DNA from: an uncultured beta proteobacterium
Lineage (GTDB): Bacteria; Pseudomonadota; Gammaproteobacteria; Burkholderiales; SG8-39
Assembly: GCA_903899705.1 (NCBI GenBank)
Contig: CAIUKQ010000309.1
Coordinates: forward strand, 6,484 to 70,483
Length of the DNA stretch: 64,000 nucleotides
Reading direction: 5' to 3'
Position numbers and translations under genes: made by a program. The notes beneath the pieces were generated by a model. The model searched no databases and was not told the origin of the DNA. It was given only the letters and a program-made list of their open reading frames with translations. Each line of letters opens with the position of its first letter. Positions within the stretch are counted from its first letter, which is position 1. This document shows, piece after piece, positions 37,036 to 47,745 of the stretch.

Positions 37036-37869
37036 TCAGAAGACGGCGCGTGTCCTGCAGGCGATCCAGAGTTTCCTGAGGGGTGTGAGCGTCGTTAGGT
37101 GCGTGAGCACCTGAAAACCATCGCGGCGGATTTCACCCAGTTCGCCGCGGTGGATTCCGGCCATGATGAGGACCGGGTGCTGTGAGCGCCGGTCCACCGG
37201 TGGCAATCCTGCGATGGCATCAGCGCAATGCTGTTGGGCGCGGTCGGCCTGGAATGCCATCAGTTTCCTGAATTGGGGGCTGTCGCGTCGGTTGAGAATA
37301 TCGGCCGCGGGGACCTCGAAGTGCTTGAGTTCATCCATCGGCAGCAGGACGCGGTTCCTGCGAACCTCATCGCCAATATCACGGAGGATCTGGATCAGCG
37401 TGCAGGCGCCCCACAGTGTTCCGGCAGCGGCCACAGTGCGCTCTTCCCGGAACCCGCACACACGTGCACTCAGGCGCCCGACCTCGTCAGCCATGCTCCG
37501 GCAGTACGCTTCCAGGGATTCAAAATCGGACTGGCGCTGCTCCTCGAGGCGGCGCTGCCGGCCGTCGATGATGCCGGCCAGTTCCTCCCTGCCTATTCCG
37601 AATGGATCGAGCACCTCCTGAAGTTCCCGCGTGACAGGATGCTGAGGCGTACCGGCCAGCAGTTGAGCGGTCTCATGCCGCCACCATGCCAGCTTCGCAT
37701 GGGCGACTTCCGGACCGGCGGGCGCATCCACGGCGTCGTCCAGTTCCCGGCAGTACGCCTGCAGCGCCGTCAGTGCGCGTCGTCTCTGCGGCGCCAGGAA
37801 TAGAAAGGCATAGTGGAACGTCGAACCGTCCGGTGCCGCTTTTTGACGGCAATATTCCTCGGGTGTCAT
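37036..37869 (-). CDS. HpnD-like squalene/phytoene synthase family protein, divergent
   Basis: MTP.EYC..KAA..GS.F.Y.FLFL, RELDDAVD, KLAWWR, HPVTR, LTPLRKLWIA; second catalytic motif altered. Confidence 0.82.
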   Translation of the reverse strand: MTPEEYCRQKAAPDGSTFHYAFLFLAPQRRRALTALQAYCRELDDAVDAPAGPEVAHAKLAWWRHETAQLLAGTPQHPVTRELQEVLDPFGIGREELAGIIDGRQRRLEEQRQSDFESLEAYCRSMADEVGRLSARVCGFREERTVAAAGTLWGACTLIQILRDIGDEVRRNRVLLPMDELKHFEVPAADILNRRDSPQFRKLMAFQADRAQQHCADAIAGLPPVDRRSQHPVLIMAGIHRGELGEIRRDGFQVLTHLTTLTPLRKLWIACRTRAVF

Positions 37870-38133
37870 AGATGTTCCGCGAATCGGATCGGGTCGGATA
37901 GAACCTCGAAACAAGGTCGGTTCCATGGGCCTATTCGATGCCGGTTTGATCCCGGCAGCACGGTACTATCCACTTCAGTGACAGGCATCCTGCGGGTGAC
38001 TATCGAATCGATCTGTTGCCACTCGGCGGGAATGCCAAAATTACTCAAAAATTCAAACACATTCATGCCTTTTTCGGGACAGTATAGGGGCCTTAAGGTA
38101 AAATAAACGCAACAAAGGGTGGCTAAGGCTATC

Positions 38134-38218
38134 GCGAGGGTGGCGGAATTGGTAGACGCACTGGATTTAGGTTCCAGCGCCGCAAGGCGTGGGGGTTCGA
38201 GTCCCTTCCTTCGCACCA
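38134..38218 (+). tRNA. tRNA-Leu(TAG)
   Basis: 85 nt, acceptor GCGAGGG/CCTTCGC, anticodon arm CTGGA-TTTAGGT-TCCAG, long variable arm, TTCGA, encoded CCA. Confidence 0.97.
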
Positions 38219-38330
38219 GCTACCTTCATGCCAGCGATCCGCCATCGCCCGGTGTGGGTGTTGAGTGAGATTTACGAACACGGGGACCCCCCCGATTTTT
38301 GGTTGTCATTTGAGGCGAAACAGGACGGCA

Positions 38331-39638
38331 ATGCAGACAAATCTGGAAACACTGGGCGCGCTTGAGCGTCGACTGAGCATGGCGGTTCCCGCCGGAGAAA
38401 TCGACAAGGAAGTTGATAATCGATTGAAAAAGCTTTCGAGCACGGTGCGCATGCACGGGTTTCGCCCTGGCAAGGTGCCGATGAAGATCGTGAGCCAGCA
38501 GTATGGCATTCAGGTCCGCTCGGAAGTCATCGGGGATGCGGTGCAAAAGGAGTTCGAGCAGGCGATCGAGGTCAACAAGCTTCGCGTTGCCGGTAACCCC
38601 AAAATTGAACCCGGCAAGGACGAGGATGCAACGCACCTGTCCTTCGCGGCAACTTTCGAGGTCTACCCGGAATTCAAGTTGGGCGATATTTCCGCCGTAA
38701 AGCTTGAGAAGGCAACGCTGGAAGTGACCGAAGCCGATGTCGACCGCACCATTGAGGTGTTGCGCAAGCAGCGCGTGACATATGCCGATGCGGGCCGTGC
38801 GGCGCAGGCGCAGGACCGGGTGAGTGTGGATTTTGTCGGACGCATCGACGGCGTCGAATTCGCAGGTGGCAAGGGAACCGACATGCCGGTGGTGCTGGGC
38901 GAGGGACGGATGCTCCCGGATTTTGAATCTAATCTCACCGGCGTGAAGTCCGGCGATGCAAAGACCTTCGATGTGAAATTTCCGGAGGATTACGGCAACA
39001 AGGAACTGGCGGGCAAGACAGCCAGCTTCGAAATACATGTCAAGAAGGTCGAGGCGCCGCAGTTGCCGGCGATCGATGCGGAATTCGCCAAGGCACTAGG
39101 CGTAGCCGATGGCGACATGGATAAAATGCGCTTGGAAGTTCGCGCCAATGTGGAGCGGGAAGTGAAAAAGCGCCTTGAAGCGGATATCAAGCAGAAGGCG
39201 ATGCAGGCGCTGATCGATTCGACGCCGGTTGAACTGCCCAAATCGCTGGTGCAGATCGAAATGCAGCGCCTTGTTCAGTCCACCCGCCAGGATCTGGAGG
39301 CGCGTGGCATGAAGATGGACCAATTGCCGATCAATCCGGAAATGTTCGAAACGCAGGCGAAGCGCCGCGTCGGCCTGGGCCTGATCATCGGGGAACTGGT
39401 GTCGACGAAGGAACTCGCCCCCAAACCCGAGCAAATCCGCGCTCTGGTCGAGGACTATGCACAAAGCTATGAGCAGCCAACCGAGATGGTAAGATGGCTT
39501 TACTCGGAACAGCAGCGTCTCGCCGAGTTCGAGGGGCTGGCCATCGAGTCCAACGTGGTGGCCTGGGTCCTGAATAACGCGAAGGTCGAGGACAAAGCTG
39601 TTTCGTTCGATGAATTCATGAACAAGGCGGCGGCATGA
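38331..39638 (+). CDS. tig: Trigger factor
   Basis: GFRPGKVP ribosome-binding motif, [10 protein letters not shown] domain (VDFVG..DG.EF.GG, FPEDY..ELAGK). Confidence 0.97.
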   Translation: MQTNLETLGALERRLSMAVPAGEIDKEVDNRLKKLSSTVRMHGFRPGKVPMKIVSQQYGIQVRSEVIGDAVQKEFEQAIEVNKLRVAGNPKIEPGKDEDATHLSFAATFEVYPEFKLGDISAVKLEKATLEVTEADVDRTIEVLRKQRVTYADAGRAAQAQDRVSVDFVGRIDGVEFAGGKGTDMPVVLGEGRMLPDFESNLTGVKSGDAKTFDVKFPEDYGNKELAGKTASFEIHVKKVEAPQLPAIDAEFAKALGVADGDMDKMRLEVRANVEREVKKRLEADIKQKAMQALIDSTPVELPKSLVQIEMQRLVQSTRQDLEARGMKMDQLPINPEMFETQAKRRVGLGLIIGELVSTKELAPKPEQIRALVEDYAQSYEQPTEMVRWLYSEQQRLAEFEGLAIESNVVAWVLNNAKVEDKAVSFDEFMNKAAA

Positions 39639-40312
39639 ACTGGTTAGGCGGTCTGAACGCGACGGCGGGTGCCCCCCAAGGTGCGATGGAGCCGCAGGGC
39701 CTTGGGCTCGTGCCCATGGTCATCGAACAGAGCGGGCGCGGTGAGCGCGCCTATGACATCTATTCACGGCTGCTCAAGGAACGGGTGGTATTCCTTGTCG
39801 GTCCGGTCAATGAAGTCACCGCGAACCTGATCGTAGCCCAGTTGCTGTTCCTCGAGTCGGAAAATCCCGACAAGGACATCTTCTTCTACATCAATTCCCC
39901 GGGCGGCTCGGTTTCGGCCGGTCTCGCGATCTACGACACCATGCAGTTTGTGAAACCCGACGTTTCCACGCTGTGCGTCGGACAGGCGGCCAGCATGGGT
40001 GCGCTGCTTCTGACTGCCGGCGCAAAGGGCAAGCGGGTCTGCCTGCCCAATTCGCGCGTCATGATCCACCAGCCGATGGGCGGTTTCCAGGGCCAGGCCT
40101 CGGATATCGAGATTCACGCCAGGGAAATCCTGTTTCTGAAGCAGCGCCTGAACGAAATCATGGCCAAGCACACCGGGCAGGATGTTGAGCGCGTCGGTCG
40201 CGACACCGACAGGGATAATTTCCTGTCGGCGTCGGAGGCCGTGAGTTATGGTTTGGTCGACCGTGTGCTTTCGTCGCGTGACGAAGCACTTGCGGCCAGC
40301 AAGTCAGCGTAG
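39635..40312 (+). CDS. clpP: ATP-dependent Clp protease proteolytic subunit
   Basis: [46 protein letters not shown]; start may be ATG 39686. Confidence 0.97.
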   Translation: MNWLGGLNATAGAPQGAMEPQGLGLVPMVIEQSGRGERAYDIYSRLLKERVVFLVGPVNEVTANLIVAQLLFLESENPDKDIFFYINSPGGSVSAGLAIYDTMQFVKPDVSTLCVGQAASMGALLLTAGAKGKRVCLPNSRVMIHQPMGGFQGQASDIEIHAREILFLKQRLNEIMAKHTGQDVERVGRDTDRDNFLSASEAVSYGLVDRVLSSRDEALAASKSA

Positions 40313-40330
40313 GCAAAAATAGGGGAAGCC

Positions 40331-41596
40331 ATGACGGAAAAGGCGAGCGGCGAAAAACTTCTCTACTGTTCCTTTTGCGGCAAAAGCCAGCATGAGGTGA
40401 GGAAGCTCATCGCCGGTCCGTCCGTGTTCATTTGCGACGAATGCATCGAACTCTGTAACGACATCATTCGCGAGGAAAGCAGCACCGACAAGAGCGGCAA
40501 GCCGGTCAAGTCCGACCTGCCCACTCCCCACGAAATCTGTCACATCCTCGATGAGTACGTGATCGGACAGGAGCCGGCAAAGAAGATCCTCTCGGTTGCG
40601 GTCTACAACCACTACAAACGTCTGAAACACCTCACCAAGAGCGACGAGGTGGAACTCTCGAAGTCCAACATTCTTCTTGTGGGCCCAACCGGTTCCGGAA
40701 AAACGCTGCTTGCTCAGACGCTTGCGCGGCTGCTCAATGTTCCGTTTGTCATCGCCGATGCCACCACACTGACCGAAGCGGGTTATGTCGGCGAGGACGT
40801 CGAAAACATCATCCAGAAGCTGCTTCAGAACTGCGACTACGATGTCGACAAGGCCAAGCGCGGCATTGTCTACATTGACGAAATCGACAAGATCTCTCGC
40901 AAATCGGACAACCCGTCGATTACCCGCGATGTTTCGGGTGAGGGCGTGCAGCAGGCCCTGCTGAAACTCATCGAGGGCACGATTGCCTCGGTCCCGCCAC
41001 AGGGCGGCAGAAAGCACCCGAACCAGGATTTTGTGCAGGTGGACACCACCAACATCCTGTTCATCTGCGGAGGCGCTTTTGACGGCCTGGAAAAGATCAT
41101 TCGCGGCCGCTCGGAGAAGGCCGGCATCGGTTTTGGCGCCGATGTGCGCAGCATGCGCGACGCCAAGGACATCGGCGCGATACTGCGCACCGTAGAACCC
41201 GAGGATCTGCTCAAGTACGGCCTGATTCCGGAATTTGTCGGCCGCCTGCCCGTGGTTGCGACGCTGGAAGAACTGGATGAAAAAGCACTTATCCAGATTC
41301 TCACTGAACCCAAGAACGCACTGATCAAGCAGTATCAGAAGCTGTTTCTCATGGAGGGTGCCGAACTGGAAGTGCGTCCGGCGGGCCTTAATGCCATTGC
41401 CAAGAAGGCGCTTGCACGGAAGACCGGCGCACGGGGCCTTCGTTCCATCATCGAGCAGGTTCTGCTCGAGACGATGTTCGATCTGCCCAACCAGGAGAAT
41501 GTTTCCAAGGTGGTGGTGGACGAGTCAACCATCGTCGGCGAAGGCAAGCCTCTGCTCATCTATTCGGACCCACCGAAGGTCGCGGGGTCGGCATGA
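40331..41596 (+). CDS. clpX: ATP-dependent Clp protease ATP-binding subunit
   Basis: CSFCGK zinc finger, [23 protein letters not shown] loop. Confidence 0.98.
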   Translation: MTEKASGEKLLYCSFCGKSQHEVRKLIAGPSVFICDECIELCNDIIREESSTDKSGKPVKSDLPTPHEICHILDEYVIGQEPAKKILSVAVYNHYKRLKHLTKSDEVELSKSNILLVGPTGSGKTLLAQTLARLLNVPFVIADATTLTEAGYVGEDVENIIQKLLQNCDYDVDKAKRGIVYIDEIDKISRKSDNPSITRDVSGEGVQQALLKLIEGTIASVPPQGGRKHPNQDFVQVDTTNILFICGGAFDGLEKIIRGRSEKAGIGFGADVRSMRDAKDIGAILRTVEPEDLLKYGLIPEFVGRLPVVATLEELDEKALIQILTEPKNALIKQYQKLFLMEGAELEVRPAGLNAIAKKALARKTGARGLRSIIEQVLLETMFDLPNQENVSKVVVDESTIVGEGKPLLIYSDPPKVAGSA

Positions 41597-41776
41597 ATGT
41601 CCCAACGCCGGGGGAAGGCAGTATTTCCCCTTCAGTTTAGCGGGTTGATTTCGACGCATTCGCCTCAACATACTCTCCGGCGCCTGATTTGTTCAGTCGG
41701 CGCGCGGTCGCAAGTTGTGTTTCACTTGGGAAGCTAGAGCTTCCCAGTCTCCAATCTTCATTTTTCTGGAATATTC

Positions 41777-44188
41777 ATGGCCAGTACCAGCACACTACCG
41801 CCCGATCTTGCCGAATTTCCATTGCTTCCCTTGCGTGATGTCGTGGTGTTTCCGCATATGGTCATTCCGCTGTTTGTGGGTCGCCCGAAGTCGATAAAAG
41901 CCATGGAAATTGCCATGGAAGCCGGCAAGCCCATCCTGCTCGTCGCGCAGAAATCCGCGGCGAAGGACGATCCGGGCGCCGAAGACCTGTACAACATCGG
42001 TTGCATAGCGAACATTCTGCAGATGCTCAAGTTGCCCGATGGCACGGTCAAGGTTCTGGTTGAAGGCAACCAGCGCGCCACGATCGCCTCCGTGACCGAT
42101 CTGCGCACCCACTGCGTCGCTGAAGCCCATCCGCTTCCCATCGATGCCAAGGAAAACACAGAGGCCGAGGCAATGCGCCGGGCGCTGGTCGCCCAGTTTG
42201 ACCAGTACGTCAAACTCAACAAGAAGATCCCCCCGGAAATCCTCACATCCCTTGCGGGCATCGAGGAAGCCGGCAGGTTGGCCGATACCATTGCCGCTCA
42301 TTTGCCGTTAAAACTTGAACAAAAACAACAGATTCTGGAGATGTTCGAGGTCAAGAAGCGTCTTGAGCACCTCCTGTCCCAGCTGGAATCCGAAATCGAC
42401 ATCCTGCAGGTTGAAAAGCGTATCCGTGGCCGTGTCAAACGCCAGATGGAGAAGAGTCAGCGCGAGTATTACCTGAACGAACAGGTCAAGGCTATCCAGA
42501 AGGAGTTGGGCGAGGGCGAAGACGGCGCCGATCTCGAGGAAATGGAGAAGAAGATCAAGGCGGCCCGCATGCCCAAGGACGCCAAGAAAAAGGCCGATGG
42601 CGAACTCAAGAAGCTGAGATTGATGTCGCCCATGTCTGCCGAGGCGACCGTGGTGCGCAACTACATCGATATTCTGGTGAACCTGCCATGGCGCAAGAAG
42701 AGCAAGATTTCCAAGGACATTGCGGCTGCTGAAAAGATTCTCGATGCCGATCACTACGGGCTTGAGAAGGTCAAGGAACGCATCCTCGAATACCTCGCGG
42801 TGCAGAGCCGGGTTGACCAGATGAAAGCACCGATCCTCTGCCTGGTGGGGCCACCCGGCGTGGGCAAGACGTCGCTTGGCCAATCCATTGCGCGTGCAAC
42901 CAACCGCAAATTCGTGCGCATGTCCTTGGGCGGGGTGCGTGACGAGGCCGAAATCAGAGGCCACCGTCGCACCTATATCGGCTCCATGCCCGGCAAGATT
43001 CTCCAGAATATGAACAAAGTGGGGGTTCGCAATCCCCTGTTCCTGCTCGACGAAGTCGACAAGATGGGAATGGACTTTCGTGGCGATCCGTCTTCGGCGC
43101 TCCTTGAGGTGCTGGATCCGGAGCAGAACCACACCTTTGTGGATCACTATGTCGAGGTCGAATACGATCTGTCAGAGGTGATGTTTGTCGCTACCTCCAA
43201 CACGTTGAACATCCCCGCGGCCCTGCTTGACCGGATGGAAGTGATCCGCCTTTCGGGATACACCGAGGATGAGAAGGTCAACATTGCCCAGCGCTATCTG
43301 CTGCCCAAGCAGATGAAGAACAACGGCGTGAAGAAAGAGGAGTTGCAGGTCGCCGAAGGCGCGATACGCGACATCGTCCGTTACTACTCGCGGGAAGCGG
43401 GCGTTCGAAGCCTCGAGAGGGAGATTTCCAAGATTTGCCGCAAGGTGGTCAAGGATCTGGTGACCAAGCCGCGCGACAAACGCATTGCCGTGGTGCCGAA
43501 GAACCTCGACAAATATCTTGGCGTGCGCAAGTACAGCTTCGGCATGGCTGAAAAGGAAAACCAGGTCGGCCAGGTGACAGGCCTTGCCTGGACCGAAGTC
43601 GGTGGCGAATTGCTGACGGTGGAAGCGGCGCTCATGCCCGGCAAGGGCAAGGTGCAACGCACCGGAAAACTCGGCGAAGTCATGCAGGAGTCGATTGCCG
43701 CCGCGTTGACTGTTGTTCGCAGCCGCGCGGTCAAGCTTGGCATACCCGCCGAGGATTTCGAGAAGAAGGACATCCACGTCCACCTTCCCGAGGGAGCGAC
43801 GCCGAAGGACGGTCCGAGCGCCGGTGGTGCGATCACCACCGCGATGGTGTCGGCAATGACCGGGATACCGGTTCGCGCCGATGTGGCGATGACCGGCGAA
43901 ATCACCCTTCGGGGCGAGATCCTTGCGATTGGCGGCCTCAAGGAAAAGCTGCTGGCGGCACATCGCGGCGAGATCAAGACCGTGTTGATTCCTGAAGAGA
44001 ACGTAAAGGACCTCACTGACATTCCCGACAACATCAAGAATCAGCTCGAAATCGTCCCGGTGAAATGGATCGACCAGGTGCTTGAGCGCGCTCTGGAGCG
44101 CATGCCCGTGCCCCTCAAGGTCGAGGCGGTGGTGGCCGCTGCGGCGGTTGTGGACGACAAGGCCGCCACCACCGTTATCACGCACTAG
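41777..44188 (+). CDS. lon: Lon protease
   Basis: [33 protein letters not shown] (catalytic Ser), GGLKEK. Confidence 0.98.
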   Translation: MASTSTLPPDLAEFPLLPLRDVVVFPHMVIPLFVGRPKSIKAMEIAMEAGKPILLVAQKSAAKDDPGAEDLYNIGCIANILQMLKLPDGTVKVLVEGNQRATIASVTDLRTHCVAEAHPLPIDAKENTEAEAMRRALVAQFDQYVKLNKKIPPEILTSLAGIEEAGRLADTIAAHLPLKLEQKQQILEMFEVKKRLEHLLSQLESEIDILQVEKRIRGRVKRQMEKSQREYYLNEQVKAIQKELGEGEDGADLEEMEKKIKAARMPKDAKKKADGELKKLRLMSPMSAEATVVRNYIDILVNLPWRKKSKISKDIAAAEKILDADHYGLEKVKERILEYLAVQSRVDQMKAPILCLVGPPGVGKTSLGQSIARATNRKFVRMSLGGVRDEAEIRGHRRTYIGSMPGKILQNMNKVGVRNPLFLLDEVDKMGMDFRGDPSSALLEVLDPEQNHTFVDHYVEVEYDLSEVMFVATSNTLNIPAALLDRMEVIRLSGYTEDEKVNIAQRYLLPKQMKNNGVKKEELQVAEGAIRDIVRYYSREAGVRSLEREISKICRKVVKDLVTKPRDKRIAVVPKNLDKYLGVRKYSFGMAEKENQVGQVTGLAWTEVGGELLTVEAALMPGKGKVQRTGKLGEVMQESIAAALTVVRSRAVKLGIPAEDFEKKDIHVHLPEGATPKDGPSAGGAITTAMVSAMTGIPVRADVAMTGEITLRGEILAIGGLKEKLLAAHRGEIKTVLIPEENVKDLTDIPDNIKNQLEIVPVKWIDQVLERALERMPVPLKVEAVVAAAAVVDDKAATTVITH

Positions 44189-44235
44189 CAGGCATTTCGC
44201 CGGCAGTTTCCATAGGCAAGACTGAAAGATATAAC

Positions 44236-44508
44236 GTGAACAAGACAGAAATCATCGAACACATCGCCAGCTCGGCAGATATTTCAAAAGCGGCCGCGGC
44301 CCGTTCTCTCGAAGCCATCGTCGCCGCAATCAAGGTGTCCATGCGCAAGGGCGATCCGGTCACGCTGGTTGGTTTCGGCACCTTCTATGTCAGCAAGCGC
44401 GCAGCCCGGGAAGGCCGCAATCCGCGCACCGGCGCTGCGAGTAATATCAAGAAGGCCAACGTTCCGAAGTTTCGCGCTGGCAAAGCGCTCAAGGATGCGC
44501 TAAACTAG
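44236..44508 (+). CDS. hupB: DNA-binding protein HU
   Basis: [28 protein letters not shown]; lies between lon and the tRNAs/ppiD. Confidence 0.93.
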   Translation: MNKTEIIEHIASSADISKAAAARSLEAIVAAIKVSMRKGDPVTLVGFGTFYVSKRAAREGRNPRTGAASNIKKANVPKFRAGKALKDALN

Positions 44509-44559
44509 ATCCCCTTGATTGGCCTGGTCTGGTTAGTACAACCTGGCCGGATTCTTGAA

Positions 44560-44635
44560 GGGTGCTTAGCTCAGTTGGTAGAGCGTCGCCCTTACAAGGC
44601 GAATGTCGGCGGTTCGAACCCGTCAGCACCCACCA
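44560..44635 (+). tRNA. tRNA-Val(TAC)
   Basis: 76 nt, GGGTGCT/AGCACCC acceptor, TCGCC-CTTACAA-GGCGA anticodon arm, CCA. Confidence 0.97.
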
Positions 44636-44721
44636 AAAACAAGAAGATGTGGTCGATATATTCCCTGGTGCGTATCATTGCCCGTCAATGGCCAGCAGAG
44701 GGGACAGCAGTAAATGAATTT

Positions 44722-44798
44722 GGAGTGGTAGTTCAGTTGGTTAGAATACCGGCCTGTCACGCCGGGGGTCGCGGGTTCGAGTCCCGTCCACTCCGCCA
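44722..44798 (+). tRNA. tRNA-Asp(GTC)
   Basis: 77 nt, GGAGTGG/CCACTCC acceptor, CCGGC-CTGTCAC-GCCGG anticodon arm, CCA. Confidence 0.97.
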
Positions 44799-44806
44799 AT
44801 ACAATG

Positions 44807-44832
44807 AAAGGCGAACCGAGGTTCGCCTTTTT
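44807..44832 (+). terminator. Intrinsic terminator after tRNA-Asp
   Basis: AAAGGCGAAC-CGAG-GTTCGCCTTTTT hairpin with T tract. Confidence 0.8.
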
Positions 44833-44889
44833 CGCTTGAAAGCGCCTTCGTCGCGGTAACGTTGTTAGACCGGAAGCGGAATCCAGATC

Positions 44890-46806
44890 ATGTTCAATTT
44901 TGTCGCCACCCACAAACGCCTTCTGCAGATTCTTCTGGCCCTTGTCGTCATCCCGCCCTTCGCCCTGTGGGGAGTCGACTCCTACCATCGAATGGGAACG
45001 ACAGCGGGCGAAGTGGCGAATGTCGGGGACATCAAGATCGTGGAAAACGAATTCACATCGCAGGTGCGCGCGCAGCAGGAGCGCATGCAGCAGCTGCTGG
45101 GGCGCAATTACAACCCCGAGATATTCGACACCCGTGAGGCGCGCTCCGAGATACTGGAGAACATGATCACGCAACGACTGGTGACCCAGCATGTGATCAA
45201 GTCTCGCATGGTTGTGACCGATGATGCACTGCGCGAAATGATCATGGCCACCCCCGCATTCCAGGATAACGGCAAGTTTTCGCACGAACGCTACGTGCAG
45301 GTGCTCCAGAGCGAGCGCGGCGAACGCGGAGACGGCATGACGCCGGAGATGTTCGAAAACAGCCTGAGGCGCGACCTGCTGGTACAGCAACTGAGCGCCG
45401 CTATCGGTGAAGGCGGACTGGTGTCCAGGGCGATTGCGCGCGAATGGGCCGGACTGGCGGGAGAGAGCCGGGAAATATCCGTGTCCAAGCTCGCCGCCGC
45501 GAATTTCGCCGCCAAGGTCAAGACCTCACCCGAGAGCATCAAGGCCTTTTATGAGGCAAACCGGCCCCGATTCGAGGTGCCGGAGCAGGTCAAGGTCGAA
45601 TATGTGGTCTTTGATGCGGATGCACTGGCCTCGGCCGAACCGGTCACCGCGAAGGAAATCCAGGACACCTACGAACAACGGCGCGCCCAGTACGAAGTGG
45701 CTGAGCAGCGTCAGGCGAGCCACATCCTGATAGCGCTCAAGCAGGGCGCCAACGATGCGGAAAAGGCGAAGGCCCGCGTCCGCGCGGAGGAATTGCTCGC
45801 ACAGGTGCGCAAATCGCCGGCCTCGTTTGCCGACATTGCCAAAAAGAATTCCGACGACCCGGGGTCGGCTGAGAAGGGTGGAGATGTCGGTCTGTTCAGC
45901 CGCGGATTGGTGGCCAAGGCGTTTGAAGATGCGGCATACGCCATGAAGGTGAGCGATATCAGCGGTCCGGTTGAATCCGAATTCGGTTTTCACATCATCC
46001 GGTTGACGGCCGTGGTTCCGGGAAAGATCAAACCCCTTGCGGATGTTCGCGCCGATATCGAAAAGGACCTGGTCAAGCAGCGCGCCGGACGGAAATTCGC
46101 GGAGGCCGCGGAGCAGTTTTCGAATATGGTCTATGAACAGTCGGATACGTTGAAGCCGGTGGCCGACCGCTTCAAGCTCGCGATTCGGGACGGCGGATGG
46201 GTGACACGTGCGGGCACGAAGATCCCCCAACTTTCCAGTCCTCGCGTCATTTCATCGCTGTTTTCGGATGATTCCATCAAGAACCATCGTAATACCGAAG
46301 CCGTCGAAGTTGCGCAGGGCAGCCTGGTGTCTGCTCGGGTGGTGGAGCACAAGCCCGCCTCTTTGAAACCGCTGGCGGAAGTAGAAAAGGAAGTCGCCCA
46401 GCTTCTGGTACAGAAGGAATCGGACACCCTTGCCTGGAAGGAAGGGGCAGATCGCCTGGAGCAGTTGCGCAAGGGGGACACGGCGGGCGTGTCGTTTTCT
46501 TCCCCGAAAACCATGGGGCGCGAGGGCGCTGACCAATTGCCGCGGCAGGTCATGGAGGCTGCATTTCGCGCGGACCGGAACAAGCTGCCTTCCTATGTCG
46601 GAGTGGAACTGAACGACGGCTACATGCTCCTGCGTGTCAGCAAGGTGGTGCCACCCAAGCTTGATGAAAGCGCGGAGAAGAACGCGCAGACCGAACTGGG
46701 CCGCGCCATGGGCGCCACTGAATTCCGTGCCTATATCAAGGGGCTACGGGCCGGCACCACGGTGACGATCAACCCGAAGGCGCTCGAGTCCAAGGCCAAT
46801 CCGTAA
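44890..46806 (+). CDS. ppiD: Periplasmic chaperone / parvulin PPIase
   Basis: N-terminal TM anchor, SurA-like domain, ASHILI, FADIAKKNSDDPGS..GGD.G, SEFGFHII. Confidence 0.92.
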   Translation: MFNFVATHKRLLQILLALVVIPPFALWGVDSYHRMGTTAGEVANVGDIKIVENEFTSQVRAQQERMQQLLGRNYNPEIFDTREARSEILENMITQRLVTQHVIKSRMVVTDDALREMIMATPAFQDNGKFSHERYVQVLQSERGERGDGMTPEMFENSLRRDLLVQQLSAAIGEGGLVSRAIAREWAGLAGESREISVSKLAAANFAAKVKTSPESIKAFYEANRPRFEVPEQVKVEYVVFDADALASAEPVTAKEIQDTYEQRRAQYEVAEQRQASHILIALKQGANDAEKAKARVRAEELLAQVRKSPASFADIAKKNSDDPGSAEKGGDVGLFSRGLVAKAFEDAAYAMKVSDISGPVESEFGFHIIRLTAVVPGKIKPLADVRADIEKDLVKQRAGRKFAEAAEQFSNMVYEQSDTLKPVADRFKLAIRDGGWVTRAGTKIPQLSSPRVISSLFSDDSIKNHRNTEAVEVAQGSLVSARVVEHKPASLKPLAEVEKEVAQLLVQKESDTLAWKEGADRLEQLRKGDTAGVSFSSPKTMGREGADQLPRQVMEAAFRADRNKLPSYVGVELNDGYMLLRVSKVVPPKLDESAEKNAQTELGRAMGATEFRAYIKGLRAGTTVTINPKALESKANP

Positions 46807-46836
46807 AGCGGCCGCGGCGCGCCCGCGAGAGCAGGT

Positions 46837-47652
46837 CTATTTCGCGACCGGCTCCTGATCCGGTGGAAGATCCGGAATGCACACCGCCACGTTGCTGTAT
46901 CCGGAATCGACGTGCAGGATTTCTCCCGTTATCCCGGCGGCAAGGTCTGACAACAGGAAGGCCGCCGCGTTGCCCACGTCATCAATGCCCACATTGCGCC
47001 TGAGCGGCGCAAACTGCTCCACGTGCTTGAGAATCTTGCCGAATCCGGCGATGCCGCTTGCAGCCAGGGTCTTGATCGGGCCAGCGGATATGCCATTCAC
47101 CCTGACGCCCCGGGGACCGAGGCTTTCCGCCATGTAGCGTACAGCAGCCTCCAGGCTCGCCTTGGCAAGGCCCATGGTGTTGTAGTTGGGAATTGAACGC
47201 TCCGCACCGAGGTAGGTCAGAGTCACCAGGGAACCGCGTCGCGCGACCAAAAGCGGCGCAAAAGCCTTGGCCAGCGCGGGGAAGCTGTATGCCGACACGT
47301 CGTGCGCAACCCGGAAGCCCTCGCGGGACATACCCTCCAGAAAATCTCCGGCGATCGTCTCGCGCGGCGCGAACGCCAGCGCATGCACCAGACCGTCCAT
47401 GCCATCCCATTGCGCGCCAAGGTCAGCGGCCAATCTTGCAATCTCCTCGTCGCTGGCCACATCGCAGGCAAACACCAGGGATGAACCAAGTTCTGCCGCC
47501 ATGTCGGCAACGCGTTCACGAAAACGGTCGTTTTGATAGGTAAAGGCAAGATCGGCGCCTTCACGCTTTGCCGCCTTTGCGATGCCCCAGGCAATCGATC
47601 GATTGCTCAGAAGGCCGGTGACGAGAATGCGCTTGCCGGAGAGAAATCCCAT
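46837..47652 (-). CDS. fabI: Enoyl-ACP reductase
   Basis: [42 protein letters not shown]. Confidence 0.96.
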   Translation of the reverse strand: MGFLSGKRILVTGLLSNRSIAWGIAKAAKREGADLAFTYQNDRFRERVADMAAELGSSLVFACDVASDEEIARLAADLGAQWDGMDGLVHALAFAPRETIAGDFLEGMSREGFRVAHDVSAYSFPALAKAFAPLLVARRGSLVTLTYLGAERSIPNYNTMGLAKASLEAAVRYMAESLGPRGVRVNGISAGPIKTLAASGIAGFGKILKHVEQFAPLRRNVGIDDVGNAAAFLLSDLAAGITGEILHVDSGYSNVAVCIPDLPPDQEPVAK

Positions 47653-47745
47653 GCCTATGTCCTCAACCTCAGATTCAACGCCAGATTATACCGAATAGGG
47701 TATGCGCAATGCCCCGCAGGCGCGGTATTTCGATACACTAAAAGC

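Noticed and set aside
37866..38216. 116-aa minus-strand ORF
   Set aside because: Its start is the antisense of tRNA-Leu, a typical spurious translation
38134..44832. tRNA genes as integration sites for an island
   Set aside because: No integrase or duplicated tRNA 3' end seen; flanking genes are in the usual core order
44515..44859. 114-aa ORF after hupB
   Set aside because: It is a translation across tRNA-Val and tRNA-Asp
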